Source: an uncultured Gemmatimonadales bacterium
GTDB lineage: Bacteria; Gemmatimonadota; Gemmatimonadetes; Longimicrobiales; Gaopeijiaceae
NCBI GenBank assembly: GCA_963809895.1
Contig: CAWELD010000003.1
Span: 1,376,001 to 1,440,000 of the forward strand
Reading direction: 5' to 3'
DNA: 64,000 nucleotides
Of the stretch, positions 1 through 9,018 are shown piece by piece. The translations under genes were made by a program, and so were the position numbers. The notes under the pieces were generated by a model. It saw nothing but the letters and a program-made list of their open reading frames with translations, did not search any database and was not told the DNA's origin. Numbering within the stretch: position 1 is the stretch's first letter; each line of letters starts with the position of its first letter.

Positions 1-1
1 G

Positions 2-172
2 AACGCCGTGGCGCCGTCGATCCTGGACACCGAGGCCAACCGCGAGGCCATGTCCGACGCGGACCGCTCGACCTGGCTGCAGCCCCAGGAGGTGGCGGCG
101 GTGCTGGATTTTCTCACGGGTCCCGATGCCGGGATCGTGACCGGGAGCGTGCTCACGCTGAGGCGGAGCTGA
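2..172 (+). CDS. SDR-family oxidoreductase, C-terminal fragment (gene starts before the window)
   Basis: Frame 2 reads NAVAPSILDTEAN...QPQEVAAVLDFLTGPDAGIVTGSVLTL, the typical SDR C-terminus (NAVAP-x-x-xDT ... xTG); TGA at 170-172. Confidence 0.8.
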   Translation, partial: NAVAPSILDTEANREAMSDADRSTWLQPQEVAAVLDFLTGPDAGIVTGSVLTLRRS

Positions 173-351
173 GGGGGGCGGTCGGCGAAAGCGGGCGCGC
201 GGTGGGCCAGGACGGCGGGATACGGCGAGGGACGGCGGGCCGGATCGAGGCGTCTGGAGCGAAAACCGTTGCCCTCGGGCCCACCCCCTGCCCAGAGTAG
301 CGGACCGCACCCCCGGAACGGTGCGGAATCCCCTCGGCGCGGAGGTTCCCC

Positions 352-783
352 ATGGGTGGCATCAACACCTCGCGATGGCTGGCCAGCGGTATCACGGCGG
401 GCGTGATCATGTGGGTGGCGGAGGGCGGAGCCAGCGTCCTGTACATGGGCCAGATGGAGGCGGCCCTGGAGGCCCACGGGCTCTCCATGGCGATCTCGGG
501 CGGCGTGATCGCGCTGACGGTGGCGGTGAGCCTCGTCGCCGGCCTGGTGCTCATGTTCTTCTACGGGGTCGCCCGCTCCCACTTCGGCCCCGGACCCGCC
601 ACGGCCGTGAAGGTCGCCGTGGCGCTCTGGACCGGCGGCTACCTGCTCTCGCTCACCGGCTACGGCATGGTCGGCCTGTACCCCATCCGCATGCTGGTGA
701 TCTGGGGCGTCGTCGGCCTCGTCGAGATGATCCTGGCGGCGTTGGCGGGTGGGTGGGTGTACCGGGAGGCGAGGCCGATTTGA
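352..783 (+). CDS. Hypothetical integral membrane protein (about 4 TM helices)
   Basis: 143-aa ORF with high GC3, GGAGG upstream and four hydrophobic segments. Confidence 0.8.
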   Translation: MGGINTSRWLASGITAGVIMWVAEGGASVLYMGQMEAALEAHGLSMAISGGVIALTVAVSLVAGLVLMFFYGVARSHFGPGPATAVKVAVALWTGGYLLSLTGYGMVGLYPIRMLVIWGVVGLVEMILAALAGGWVYREARPI

Positions 784-800
784 CGGGAGCCCCCGAAACA

Positions 801-853
801 CGTTTCAGCTGAAACGTCTCAGGTGAGTATCAGGGGGATGATGCACGAAGGTG
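801..853. repeat. 53-bp direct repeat, copy 1 (contains the palindrome CGTTTCAGCTGAAACG)
   Basis: CGTTTCAGCTGAAACGTCTCAGGTGAGTATCAGGGGGATGATGCACGAAGGTG is identical to 3665-3717. Confidence 0.97.
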
Positions 854-890
854 CGGGGCCGGACGGACCGACCCCGCACCGTTTTCGTGC
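843..890. terminator. Long hairpin between convergent genes, probable terminator
   Basis: GCACGAA-GGTGCGGGG pairs with CCCCGCACC-gtt-TTCGTGC; lies 20 nt beyond the stop of the minus-strand gene at 910. Confidence 0.6.
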
Positions 891-3664
891 GATGTGATGC
901 GGCGGGTGACTACTTCTTTCCCTTCCCGCTGTGCACGATGATGTTACCGCCTCCGATCGGCTGATCGGTGCCGTTGTCGTACACGACGCCGCCTCCCACC
1001 TCGGTGATCCTGATGCGGAAGGTGTCCTCACCGTTCGGCCCGGAGCCGTCGCCGGCCCACAGCATGAACTTGTAGTCGCCCGAGCCGTTGATCGTGCCCT
1101 CGCCCTTGAACTGGGCGTTGGAGTCGTTCTGGTTCACGACGAGCCACTCGTAGCTGGTGCTGTGGAAGTCCAGATCGGCAGCCTTGAACTGGAACTCCGT
1201 GTTCCCCGTCGGCGTGCTCGCGCCCTTCTTGTACTTGGACACGAAGCCGAAGGTGGCTTTGCCGGTGGGGTTCGCTGGCGCATCAGCCTCGAAGTCGTAG
1301 GTGGTGGTGCCGGCATCGGATGTGAGCGTGAGAGCGTCGACGGCACCCGAGAAAGCGCCATTCCAGCCTGAACCGATGTTCACACCGAAGCCGTACTTGA
1401 TCTTGGCGTCTGGGTTCGCCGCGACAATGTCATCCCACGAGACAAAGCAATTGAAGGCACACACTCCCGGGATGGTCGTCGTGGACCACCAGCCGCCTCC
1501 GAAGCTCGTCTGCGAAGCCGCCATGGCATCCCACGTCTGCCACGTATCGGTCATCAATGCGGCCGAGCCGTAGGCATAGATCGGCTCCCATACGAGGGTG
1601 GCGTAGCTGCTTCCGTCTCCGACGTAGTCCACCTCAATGTTGATGGCAGGATACTGCGCTGCGCGGATTGGTGGACGCGCTGGACCTGTAGGTCGCGTAG
1701 GAGATCGACTCGATATCAGCTAGCCGCGTGCCGATGTGATCGTAATTGAAGAGAGTGACCTTGCCACTTCCGTCCTGAACGGACATCGAGAAACTCCCGG
1801 TGCCCAGAGGTGGAGCCGCAGGCCCGTTCACGAACGTGCCTGCGCTCCCGGTTTGTTCGGTCAGGAACCAATCCACTTCGAGATTTGCGGACGTCACCGC
1901 CGTTGCGTCGCTCGGCATGAAGGCACCTCCCGGCGAGTCGATCCAACCACCGCCCGTGACGAAACCACCGGAAGGATCGTACACCACGAGCGAGGAGCAC
2001 TCCTCGTCACCCGTATTTCCCGGCTCATCGGTGCCGCGCACGCAGACCTCGTAGATCCCGGGCTCGCTGGGTGCCGTGAGAGACGCCCCAACGCCCTCCA
2101 TGACTGCATCGAAGGTGCCGTCGGCGGCGGTCATGGGCATCCAAGTCGTCCCGCCGTCCATCGAATACTCGGCCGACGCGATGTTGGAGCCGCCCGTGTT
2201 GGTGTCGTCCACGTCCGCGGTCAGATCCACGCTGGCGTCGACAGCCGCGGGGTTGGGGGACATGGCGACGTTGGTGGTGACAGGGCCCTGGTCATCGGTG
2301 ACGAGCTGTTGGTTGTCGGCCACCACATCGTCGAAGTAGAGCCCTTCACCGAGAGTGCTGGGCGCGGCGTTCGATACTCGAAACATGAGCGCGTCCACAG
2401 CAATGGGAGACTGGAACGATCCAGGATTCTCCGCAAAATAGCTCTCCCATGTGGTGCCGGTGTGAACCGGTGTGCCGTCGACGACGACGGTCACGATATC
2501 ATTGCCGCTCCCATCTCCGTCCAAACCGTCGACGAACTCGACATAGATCTCGACGGTGTGCCAATCAGTGTAGGAGAGTCCTGTCGCGACGGTCGTGCCG
2601 TCGAAGTTTCCGCCTGGAGACGTCTCGTAGAAGGTAAGATCGAATCCAGTTCCGGCGTCTGCGATACCCAGATAGCTCATCCTGAAAGACGTCTGCCTCG
2701 GAATCGGGCTGACGGCTATGCTCAAGTCGGTTTGTGCAGCGCCGGTCGCTGACTTGAACCTGAAGCCTCCATGGAAGTACGGCGTCGAGGCGTAGGCCCG
2801 GGGATTGGGTGGGGAAACCGGCGATGTGTGATCTGGACCCCGATCGTTATACAGTGCTGACCCTGACTCGCCAGCCGGATCAGTGCTACTCGGTGTGTTT
2901 GGCTGGTTGCTGAAGCTGTTCGACGCCGCTGCGTTGGAGAGGCGCCAAACCATGTTCCCACCATCGTCCACGACCTCTTCGTCGAAGGGTGTAGGGGTCG
3001 GGTTGCCCCATTCGTCCACCACCGTCCACAGACTGCCATATGGGTCAGGGATCGTATACCCATTCGACGTCGTGGTTGTGGATCCCGAGCCCTGGTAGTT
3101 CACACTCCCCAGACTGAAGGACTCGAAATCGGTGGCAGCCGGGACGGCGAGCGAAGCGGCACGCACAGGCGCGACGCTAACCCCCTCCGGCGCCGTCGGA
3201 TTCATCTCATCCTGACAGGCCGTCACGGCGAGCAGGGCCAGGGCGACGCCCAGGGGACGCCAAATGTGTCGGGTACGACTCACGGTTCTCCTCCGCATGG
3301 AGTAGTGGATCGCCTTTTGGCGGCCGGGCTGTCTTCCGGGAAGGTTGGAAGATCCGGGGCTTTGCGAACCGGCCTCGCGACCGGGGTGCCGTTTCGGAGA
3401 CGTGAGGTTGGATACAGGAGGTAATTCACAAGCAAGAAGCAATCCGCCCGTCAGGACGCCGTCAGACGAGCGTCAACATCGGGGCACCGTCCCGTCGCGC
3501 TGCGACGGAGGGCATTCGGCTCGCTCCATGAAGGATCCACTCCTTTTCGGCGTATATCCCGCGCGAATGCAACAAATTGTCCACATCGTGCCACACCGCT
3601 GACTAGGATTCGCTCACGGTTCGTCCCGTCTCCCGAGCCTCGCAACGAGCGCATCCTTCCAAAG
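854..3664. mobile_element. Small genomic islet between 53-bp direct repeats, no recombinase gene
   Basis: Exact flanking repeats and visibly more A/T-ending codons than the neighbouring genes; a single cargo gene. Confidence 0.6.
910..3298 (-). CDS. Multidomain surface lipoprotein (beta-sandwich and Ig-like domains); one frameshift near 1664
   Basis: Signal peptide MRRRTVSR...LLAVTAC with lipobox. ORFs 1634..3442 and 910..1632 join as ...ASTNP/AAQYPAINIEVDY on removing one base. Carries VYDPSGGFVTGGGWIDSP and GKATFGFVSKYKKG...GGGNIIVH motifs typical of secreted PKD-type proteins. Confidence 0.75.
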
Positions 3665-3717
3665 CGTTTCAGCTGAAACGTCTCAGGTGAGTATCAGGGG
3701 GATGATGCACGAAGGTG
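3665..3717. repeat. 53-bp direct repeat, copy 2
   Basis: Identical to 801-853; ends 4 nt before the putative imuB -35 element. Confidence 0.97.
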
Positions 3718-3721
3718 GCGC

Positions 3722-3770
3722 TTGCCCCGCCCCGATTTTCGGCTTATCTTCGGTTTCGGTATCTATTCGG
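3722..3770 (+). promoter_or_regulatory. imuB promoter overlapped by two TTCGG-N6-TTCGG boxes (candidate LexA operators)
   Basis: TTGCCC(3722-3727)-17 nt-TATCTT(3745-3750); boxes at 3738-3753 and 3755-3770; the same motif occurs upstream of dnaE2. Confidence 0.75.
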
Positions 3771-3775
3771 TTTTC

Positions 3776-5128
3776 ATGTCCACCGAAACCCATCCCATGG
3801 CCCCCACCCGCACCCTTCCCGGCACCGGTCCCGTCACCTACGCCACCGCCGACGCCACGTCCCGCCGGGGGAGCCGCATGGCGCTCTGCCTCTGGCTCCC
3901 CACCTTCGAGCTCCGGCTGGAGCTGGTGCGCTCGCCGGAGCTGGACCGGACCTCGGTGGCCTTGCTGTCGCCGGGCGACGGGGTGCGGCGCACCATCTGG
4001 CAGGTCTCGGAGCGTGCCCACGAAGCGGGCGTGCGTACGGGTCAGCTCATCTCGCAGGCGGTCTCGCTGTGCCCCTCGCTCACCCTGCTGGAGCCGGATC
4101 CGGCGCACTACGACGCGGCCATGGAGGCCATGCTGGAGGTGCTCTCGGACCTGACGCCGGTGGTGGAGCCGGCGGGCGAGCGCGGAAAGGTGTTTCTGGG
4201 GATGGACGGTCTGGGACGCCTCTACGGCTCCCCGCCCAACCAGGTGCGGCGCATGCTGCGGGCGCTCTTCCGGGTCTTCCCTCCCCCACTGGTGGCGGCC
4301 ACCCGCGCGGGGATGGCACCGGGCACCTTCGGCGCCTGGGTGGCGGCGGCGCGCTCCCGGGCCGGCGAGCCGGTGATCGTGGACGAGGCGGAGCTCCGTA
4401 CTTTCCTGGCGGGCTGTCCGGTGGGCGCGCTCCCTGTGGAAGCGGAGATGGTGGAACGCCTGAAACGGCTGGACATCGCCACCCTGGGTGCCCTCACGCA
4501 GCTGCCGGAGCCGGCGCTGGTGGCCCAGTTCGGACAGGACGGGCGGGACGCGCTGGGGTGGTCCACCGGACGGCGGGTGGATCCGGTCCGACCCTGGCAC
4601 CGGCCCCGCCCCATCCGGGTGGCGCTGGACTTTCCCGCGCCGGCGGGCCAGGTGGAGCTGCTGCACGGTGCGCTGGACCGGCTCCTGGAGCGGGCGCTGG
4701 CCCGGCCCGCCCGCCGCGGGCGCAGCGTCCGCACGCTCCGCCTCACGGGCTCGTTGGAAGGCGGGGGATCGTGGTCGGTGGAGGGCGTCCCCCGGGAGCC
4801 CACCGCCCGCAAGGACCGCCTGGCCTTCCTGCTGCGCTCGCGCCTGGAGCTGACGCCTCCGCCGCGGGCCGTGGAAGGGCTGGCGCTGGAGCTCATGCGC
4901 TTCGGCCCTCCCACCACCCAGGAGGATCTCTTCGGCCGCGACGAGGCCAGCGGCCGCGAAGCCGCGGGCCGTACCCTGGCGGACGGCTCCGTGCCCCCTT
5001 CCCTGAGGCGCGCGGTGCGGGAGCTCAAGCTGCGGTTGGGCCACTCGCCTCTCTACCGGGTGGTGGAGCTGGACCCGTGGTCCCGCATCCCGGAGCGGCG
5101 GCACGCCCTCCTGAGCTTCGATCCGTGA
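3776..5128 (+). CDS. imuB: ImuB-like inactive Y-family DNA polymerase
   Basis: VSERAHEAGVRTGQ...AVSLCP, LTPVVEP, VFLGMDGLGRLYG and an HhH segment; lacks the catalytic SxDE; clamp-binding-like QEDLF near 4918-4932. Start could be 3776, 3797 or 3878. Confidence 0.88.
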   Translation: MSTETHPMAPTRTLPGTGPVTYATADATSRRGSRMALCLWLPTFELRLELVRSPELDRTSVALLSPGDGVRRTIWQVSERAHEAGVRTGQLISQAVSLCPSLTLLEPDPAHYDAAMEAMLEVLSDLTPVVEPAGERGKVFLGMDGLGRLYGSPPNQVRRMLRALFRVFPPPLVAATRAGMAPGTFGAWVAAARSRAGEPVIVDEAELRTFLAGCPVGALPVEAEMVERLKRLDIATLGALTQLPEPALVAQFGQDGRDALGWSTGRRVDPVRPWHRPRPIRVALDFPAPAGQVELLHGALDRLLERALARPARRGRSVRTLRLTGSLEGGGSWSVEGVPREPTARKDRLAFLLRSRLELTPPPRAVEGLALELMRFGPPTTQEDLFGRDEASGREAAGRTLADGSVPPSLRRAVRELKLRLGHSPLYRVVELDPWSRIPERRHALLSFDP

Positions 5129-5424
5129 AGGGCACCGGGAAGGGCTCCAGGACGACGCCGGGCGAGGGCTCGCGCCTGCGTCCCCTGGCGGAGCCGGTAC
5201 AGGTCCGGGTGGAGGCCGACGCCCACGGCTTCCCGCGCGCGCTCCGCGAACGCAGGCGACGCACGCCCCGGCACGTGGCGGCCATTCGCGAGTCGTGGCG
5301 CATCGACGACGAGTGGTGGCGCCGGCCGGTGCACCGCATGTACCACCAGGTGGTGCTCGAGGACGGTAGCCTCGTCACCCTCTTCCAGGATCTGGCAGAC
5401 GGATGCTGGTATCTGCACGCTTGA
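5125..5424 (+). CDS. Small protein resembling the ImuB C-terminal domain (DUF6504-like)
   Basis: GTGA overlap with the imuB stop; WRIDDEWW...RMYHQV...LFQDL...WYL matches the WW/RxY/W pattern of ImuB C-termini. Confidence 0.8.
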   Translation: MKGTGKGSRTTPGEGSRLRPLAEPVQVRVEADAHGFPRALRERRRRTPRHVAAIRESWRIDDEWWRRPVHRMYHQVVLEDGSLVTLFQDLADGCWYLHA

Positions 5425-5843
5425 GGCGGCGCGGTGAACGCCCGGCCGGCGTGGAGATCGCGCTACGGGCGGCCCGCCGCCGGCGGAGTGCCGCCAACCC
5501 TGCACGGACACCCCGCGCTCGCGGCGCATGTCGATCCCACGGCGATAATCGCCGCCGATCCCGCACCCTCCGGGCCCCCCAACGGCCGGCGCGTGCCTGA
5601 CGGCAACAATCGCCGCGAATCCTGCACCCGAGTACCGCAACCGGGCTCCTTGCGGGATTCACGGCACCCGGCACCCCCCGCCCGAGCCTCGACCCGCCTT
5701 CCGCGCCCCATCGTCCACACCATGGTCCGCGTCCCACCGTCCGCGCCCCGCCACCCGCACCGCCCTGAGCCGCCTTCCGCGCTCCACCTTTCGCGTCCCA
5801 TCCGCCCCTTGACCCGCCCCACCCCTCCCGCGCTCTTCGTGCC

Positions 5844-6680
5844 ATGGCACCCGACGCCCCCGACCCACCCGACCGCAGCCCACCCGACGGCAACCCGCCC
5901 GACGGCAACCCACCCGGCAGCCACCCGTCGCCCGCCCGCGACCCGTCCGCCGACTCCGCCACACCCGCTCCGGACGCATCCGCCCCCGGCCCGCCATCCC
6001 CTTCCCCCCACATCCGCGCCCTCGAACCCGCCTCGGGCGAGCGCATGCGGCTCACGCTGGACGACGACACGACGCTGGAGATTCCAGCCGAAGTCGTACT
6101 CTCCACGGGACTCGGGACCGGCGACCCGGTGGATGCGGAGCTTCGGGCCAGGCTCGAGGACGCCCACCTGCGCTGGCGGGCGCGCGAAGCGGCGCTGCGG
6201 CTGCTGTCCGTTCGCGCCCGCAGCCGCCGCGAGCTGCAACGCCGTCTCCGGCGCAAGGACTTCCCGGCGGCGGTGGTGCGGGCCTGTCTCGACGAGCTGG
6301 AAGCCCGGGGACTCCTGGACGACGGCGCCTTCGCCCGTTCCCTGGCCCGCGACCGCATCCGCCTTAAGGCGCGGGGACCCGCGCGCATCCGCCGGGAGCT
6401 CCGGGCCCGGGGCGTGGCCGACGACACGGCCCGCTCGGCGGTGGAGGGTGTCATGGACGACGAGGGCGTGACCGAGCGGGAGCTGGCCGAGGAGGCCGCC
6501 CTGGGCTGGCTCCGCCGTCAGTCCGCGGAGGTGGCCGCGGCGCTGGCCGGTGAGCCCTTCAGCCCCGAGCGCGAGCAGGCACGCCGGCGCCTGATCGGAT
6601 ACCTGGGCCGGCGTGGATTCCGGGGCGCCACGGCGGTGGCCGCCCTGGAGGCCGCCAGCGCCCGGGCCGCCGAGGGCTGA
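5844..6680 (+). CDS. recX: Regulatory protein RecX (start uncertain, may be 6045)
   Basis: ALRLLSVRARSRREL, GLLDDGAFA, GPARIRRELRARGV and YLGRRGF are RecX helical-repeat motifs. Confidence 0.9.
   Translation: MAPDAPDPPDRSPPDGNPPDGNPPGSHPSPARDPSADSATPAPDASAPGPPSPSPHIRALEPASGERMRLTLDDDTTLEIPAEVVLSTGLGTGDPVDAELRARLEDAHLRWRAREAALRLLSVRARSRRELQRRLRRKDFPAAVVRACLDELEARGLLDDGAFARSLARDRIRLKARGPARIRRELRARGVADDTARSAVEGVMDDEGVTERELAEEAALGWLRRQSAEVAAALAGEPFSPEREQARRRLIGYLGRRGFRGATAVAALEAASARAAEG
5865..5924 (+). repeat. Four imperfect 15-bp tandem repeats (PPDRS/PPDGN/PPDGN/PPGSH)
   Basis: CCACCCGACCGCAGC CCACCCGACGGCAAC CCGCCCGACGGCAAC CCACCCGGCAGCCAC. Confidence 0.85.
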
Positions 6681-6741
6681 GGCGCCGCTCCGACGAAGCG
6701 CCGTCCTTTCCCCACGGGCTCCGCGACCCCACCATGACGGC

Positions 6742-7329
6742 ATGAACGCGCCCGCCGACCATCCCCTGAGCCCCGAGCAACGCGAGGCGTTCGCCGAGGG
6801 CGTCCATGCGGCCCAGCGCATCCTGAAGGCGTGCCGGGTCGCGGCCATCCAGGGCTGGACGCTGGGCGTGCTGGGTGTCCCCACCCTGCTGATCGGGCTG
6901 GTCGCGCCGCCGTCCTTCCTGGTGGGGATCGGGATGCTCGTCCTGGCGCGCAACGAACTCCGCGGGCGCGCGCTCCTGCGTCGCTTCGACCCGGCAGGCG
7001 CCGTCCTGCTGAGCCGCAATCAGCTCGGCCTCATGGGGCTCATCGTCCTCTACTGCGCATGGCGCGTCCACCACGTCTGGACCCAGCCCAGCGCGGCCCT
7101 GCAGGAGCTGGAGGGCCTCCTGGACACCGGAGGCACGCTGGAGCCCCTGGTGCGCCAGATCACCACCGTCTTCTACGGGGTCGTCGTCATCCTGAGCGTC
7201 ATCGTCCAGAGCGTGGTCGCCCGCTACTACCGCCTGCGCGAGGGACTCGTGCGCAGCTACGTGGCCGACACCCCCGCGTGGGTCGTGGACCTGCAGCGCC
7301 TGGCGGCCGGCGCCGGCCCCCCGGAGTGA
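6742..7329 (+). CDS. Hypothetical membrane protein
   Basis: High-GC3 ORF from MNAPADH with 3-4 hydrophobic segments. Confidence 0.75.
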   Translation: MNAPADHPLSPEQREAFAEGVHAAQRILKACRVAAIQGWTLGVLGVPTLLIGLVAPPSFLVGIGMLVLARNELRGRALLRRFDPAGAVLLSRNQLGLMGLIVLYCAWRVHHVWTQPSAALQELEGLLDTGGTLEPLVRQITTVFYGVVVILSVIVQSVVARYYRLREGLVRSYVADTPAWVVDLQRLAAGAGPPE

Positions 7330-7472
7330 CGACCGGCGCGCCCGAGCAACCAGCCGCGCCCGAACCACGACCCGCCCCCGAATGACGATGCCCCACCCCG
7401 GATCGTTCCGGAGCGGGGCATCCCCAGGCTACGGAGACACGCGGCGAACCGCGCATCCCCCGAGAAGAAGGC

Positions 7473-8777
7473 TCACACGCCGGTGAGGGCGCCCTCCTCC
7501 TCGGCCTTGGTGGCGACCTGCTGCTTGACCCAGGCCGTGGACACCGACTTCGGCCGCGTGATGGCCTCCATCATGGCCCGGCTCATGACGAGCTGCGAGC
7601 AGATCCCCATGGCACGGCTGACGCTGAAGAGCACCGTGTAGAAGCGCATCTCCGTGATGCCGTAGTGGTAGAGCAGCGAGCCGGAGCCCGCGTCCACGTT
7701 GGGCCACGGGTTGGCGGCCTTGCCGTGCTCCTCGAGGACCTTGGGGATCACCTCGAAGCCCACGTCCACGGTCTTGAAGACCGGGTCCTCCGGGAAGTGC
7801 TTCTTGCCGAAGGCGTGGAAGGCCGTGAAGCGGGGATCCGTGGCCCGCAGCACCGCGTGCCCGTAGCCCGGAACCACCCGGCCGTTGTTCAGCGTCTCCC
7901 AGGTGAACTCCTCCATCTGCTTCGGCGTGGGCGGACCGTTGAAGCGCTCCATGACGCCCAGCACGAACTTGAGGCACTCCTGATTGGCCAGTCCGTGCAG
8001 CGGGCCTGCCAGCCCCGAGAGCCCGGCGGACACCGCGTAGTACGGATCGGACAGGGCCGACGCCACCACATGCGCGGTGAAGGCGCTCACGTTGCCGCCC
8101 TCGTGGTCGCTGTGCAGGACCATGTACAGGCGCATGAGGTCCGCGAACTCGGGATCGTCGTTGCCCAGCATGTGGGCGAAGTTCTCGGACCAGCCCAGCG
8201 ACGGATCGGACTCGATGAGGTCGCCCTTGTCGTACCGGATCCGGTACACGCCGGCGGCCAGCGCAGGCAGGCGGGCCAGCAGGTTGAGGCTGTCTTCGAG
8301 CGCCGGCTTCCAGTAGTCCTCCTTCTTCATGCCCTCGTCGTAGCGACGGCGGAAGACCGACTCCTCTTCGAGGATGGCGATGGCCGTCACCAGCATGTCC
8401 ATGGGATGCGCCGTGTGCGGCATGTCCCGCAGGACCTTCCAGACGTACTCGGGCACCCTGGAGCGCGCGTGCAGCTCGTCGCGGAGCCAGTCCAGCTGAT
8501 CCTGCTCCGGCAAGTCACCCACCACGAGGAGGAAGAAGATCTCCTCGGCGCTCCGGTGGGCGAGATCGGCGATGGGGATCCCCCGAATGATGAGGCCCTT
8601 GTAGGGGTCCACCAGCGACGTGTCGCAGACGAGGCCTTTGACGCCCCGCATGCCCCCGTAGGCCTGCTTGACCGTCACCTGTGAGATGACGGTGTCTCCG
8701 TGGTTTCGGACGAGATCCGAGATCTCCTCGCGCCAGGCGGGAATGCGCCGGCCGAGGGCTCGTTCAATGGTCGGCAT
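7473..8777 (-). CDS. Citrate (Si)-synthase, eukaryote-like type
   Basis: YGGMRGVKGLVCDTSLVDP, LHSDHEGGNVSA, GLAGPLHGLANQE, VPGYGHAVLR and NPWPNVDA motifs. Confidence 0.93.
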   Translation of the reverse strand: MPTIERALGRRIPAWREEISDLVRNHGDTVISQVTVKQAYGGMRGVKGLVCDTSLVDPYKGLIIRGIPIADLAHRSAEEIFFLLVVGDLPEQDQLDWLRDELHARSRVPEYVWKVLRDMPHTAHPMDMLVTAIAILEEESVFRRRYDEGMKKEDYWKPALEDSLNLLARLPALAAGVYRIRYDKGDLIESDPSLGWSENFAHMLGNDDPEFADLMRLYMVLHSDHEGGNVSAFTAHVVASALSDPYYAVSAGLSGLAGPLHGLANQECLKFVLGVMERFNGPPTPKQMEEFTWETLNNGRVVPGYGHAVLRATDPRFTAFHAFGKKHFPEDPVFKTVDVGFEVIPKVLEEHGKAANPWPNVDAGSGSLLYHYGITEMRFYTVLFSVSRAMGICSQLVMSRAMMEAITRPKSVSTAWVKQQVATKAEEEGALTGV

Positions 8778-8900
8778 TGCGACCTCCCTCCGACTGTGGA
8801 GTCGCGGCGCAACGTCACGGCTCCGGTTCTTGATGGCTCGAATCCAGGAGGGATTTCGGCGTACCCAAAACCTCCGATTTCCAGGCCAGGAGCCACAAGC

Positions 8901-8940
8901 GGGGGATTCCCCTTTCGTTCGGTAGGGGGGATTCCCCTAC
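8901..8940. promoter_or_regulatory. Tandem GGGGGATTCCCCT motif and GTAGGGG-N5-CCCCTAC palindrome, putative regulator site
   Basis: Copies at 8901-8913 and 8926-8938 in the divergent citrate synthase/dnaE2 intergenic region. Confidence 0.5.
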
Positions 8941-8944
8941 AGCT

Positions 8945-9004
8945 TTGCATTTTCCTGTCTTCGGTGTATATTCGGGTCACCATTGATACCGAACAAAACC
9001 CGAA
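8945..9004 (+). promoter_or_regulatory. dnaE2 promoter with two TTCGG-N6-TTCGG boxes, one inverted
   Basis: TTGCAT(8945-8950)-16 nt-TATATT; TTCGG-TGTATA-TTCGG at 8960-8975 and CCGAA-CAAAAC-CCGAA at 8989-9004. Confidence 0.75.
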
Positions 9005-9018
9005 ATCCAGGGGATGCC

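Noticed and set aside
801..3717. 53-bp repeats as a CRISPR array or IS ends
   Set aside because: Only two copies, 2.8 kb apart and in direct orientation, with no cas or transposase gene.
3715..5124. 569-aa ORF 3715..5424 as one long gene
   Set aside because: Only the last 99 codons look protein-like; the rest is an off-frame shadow of imuB.
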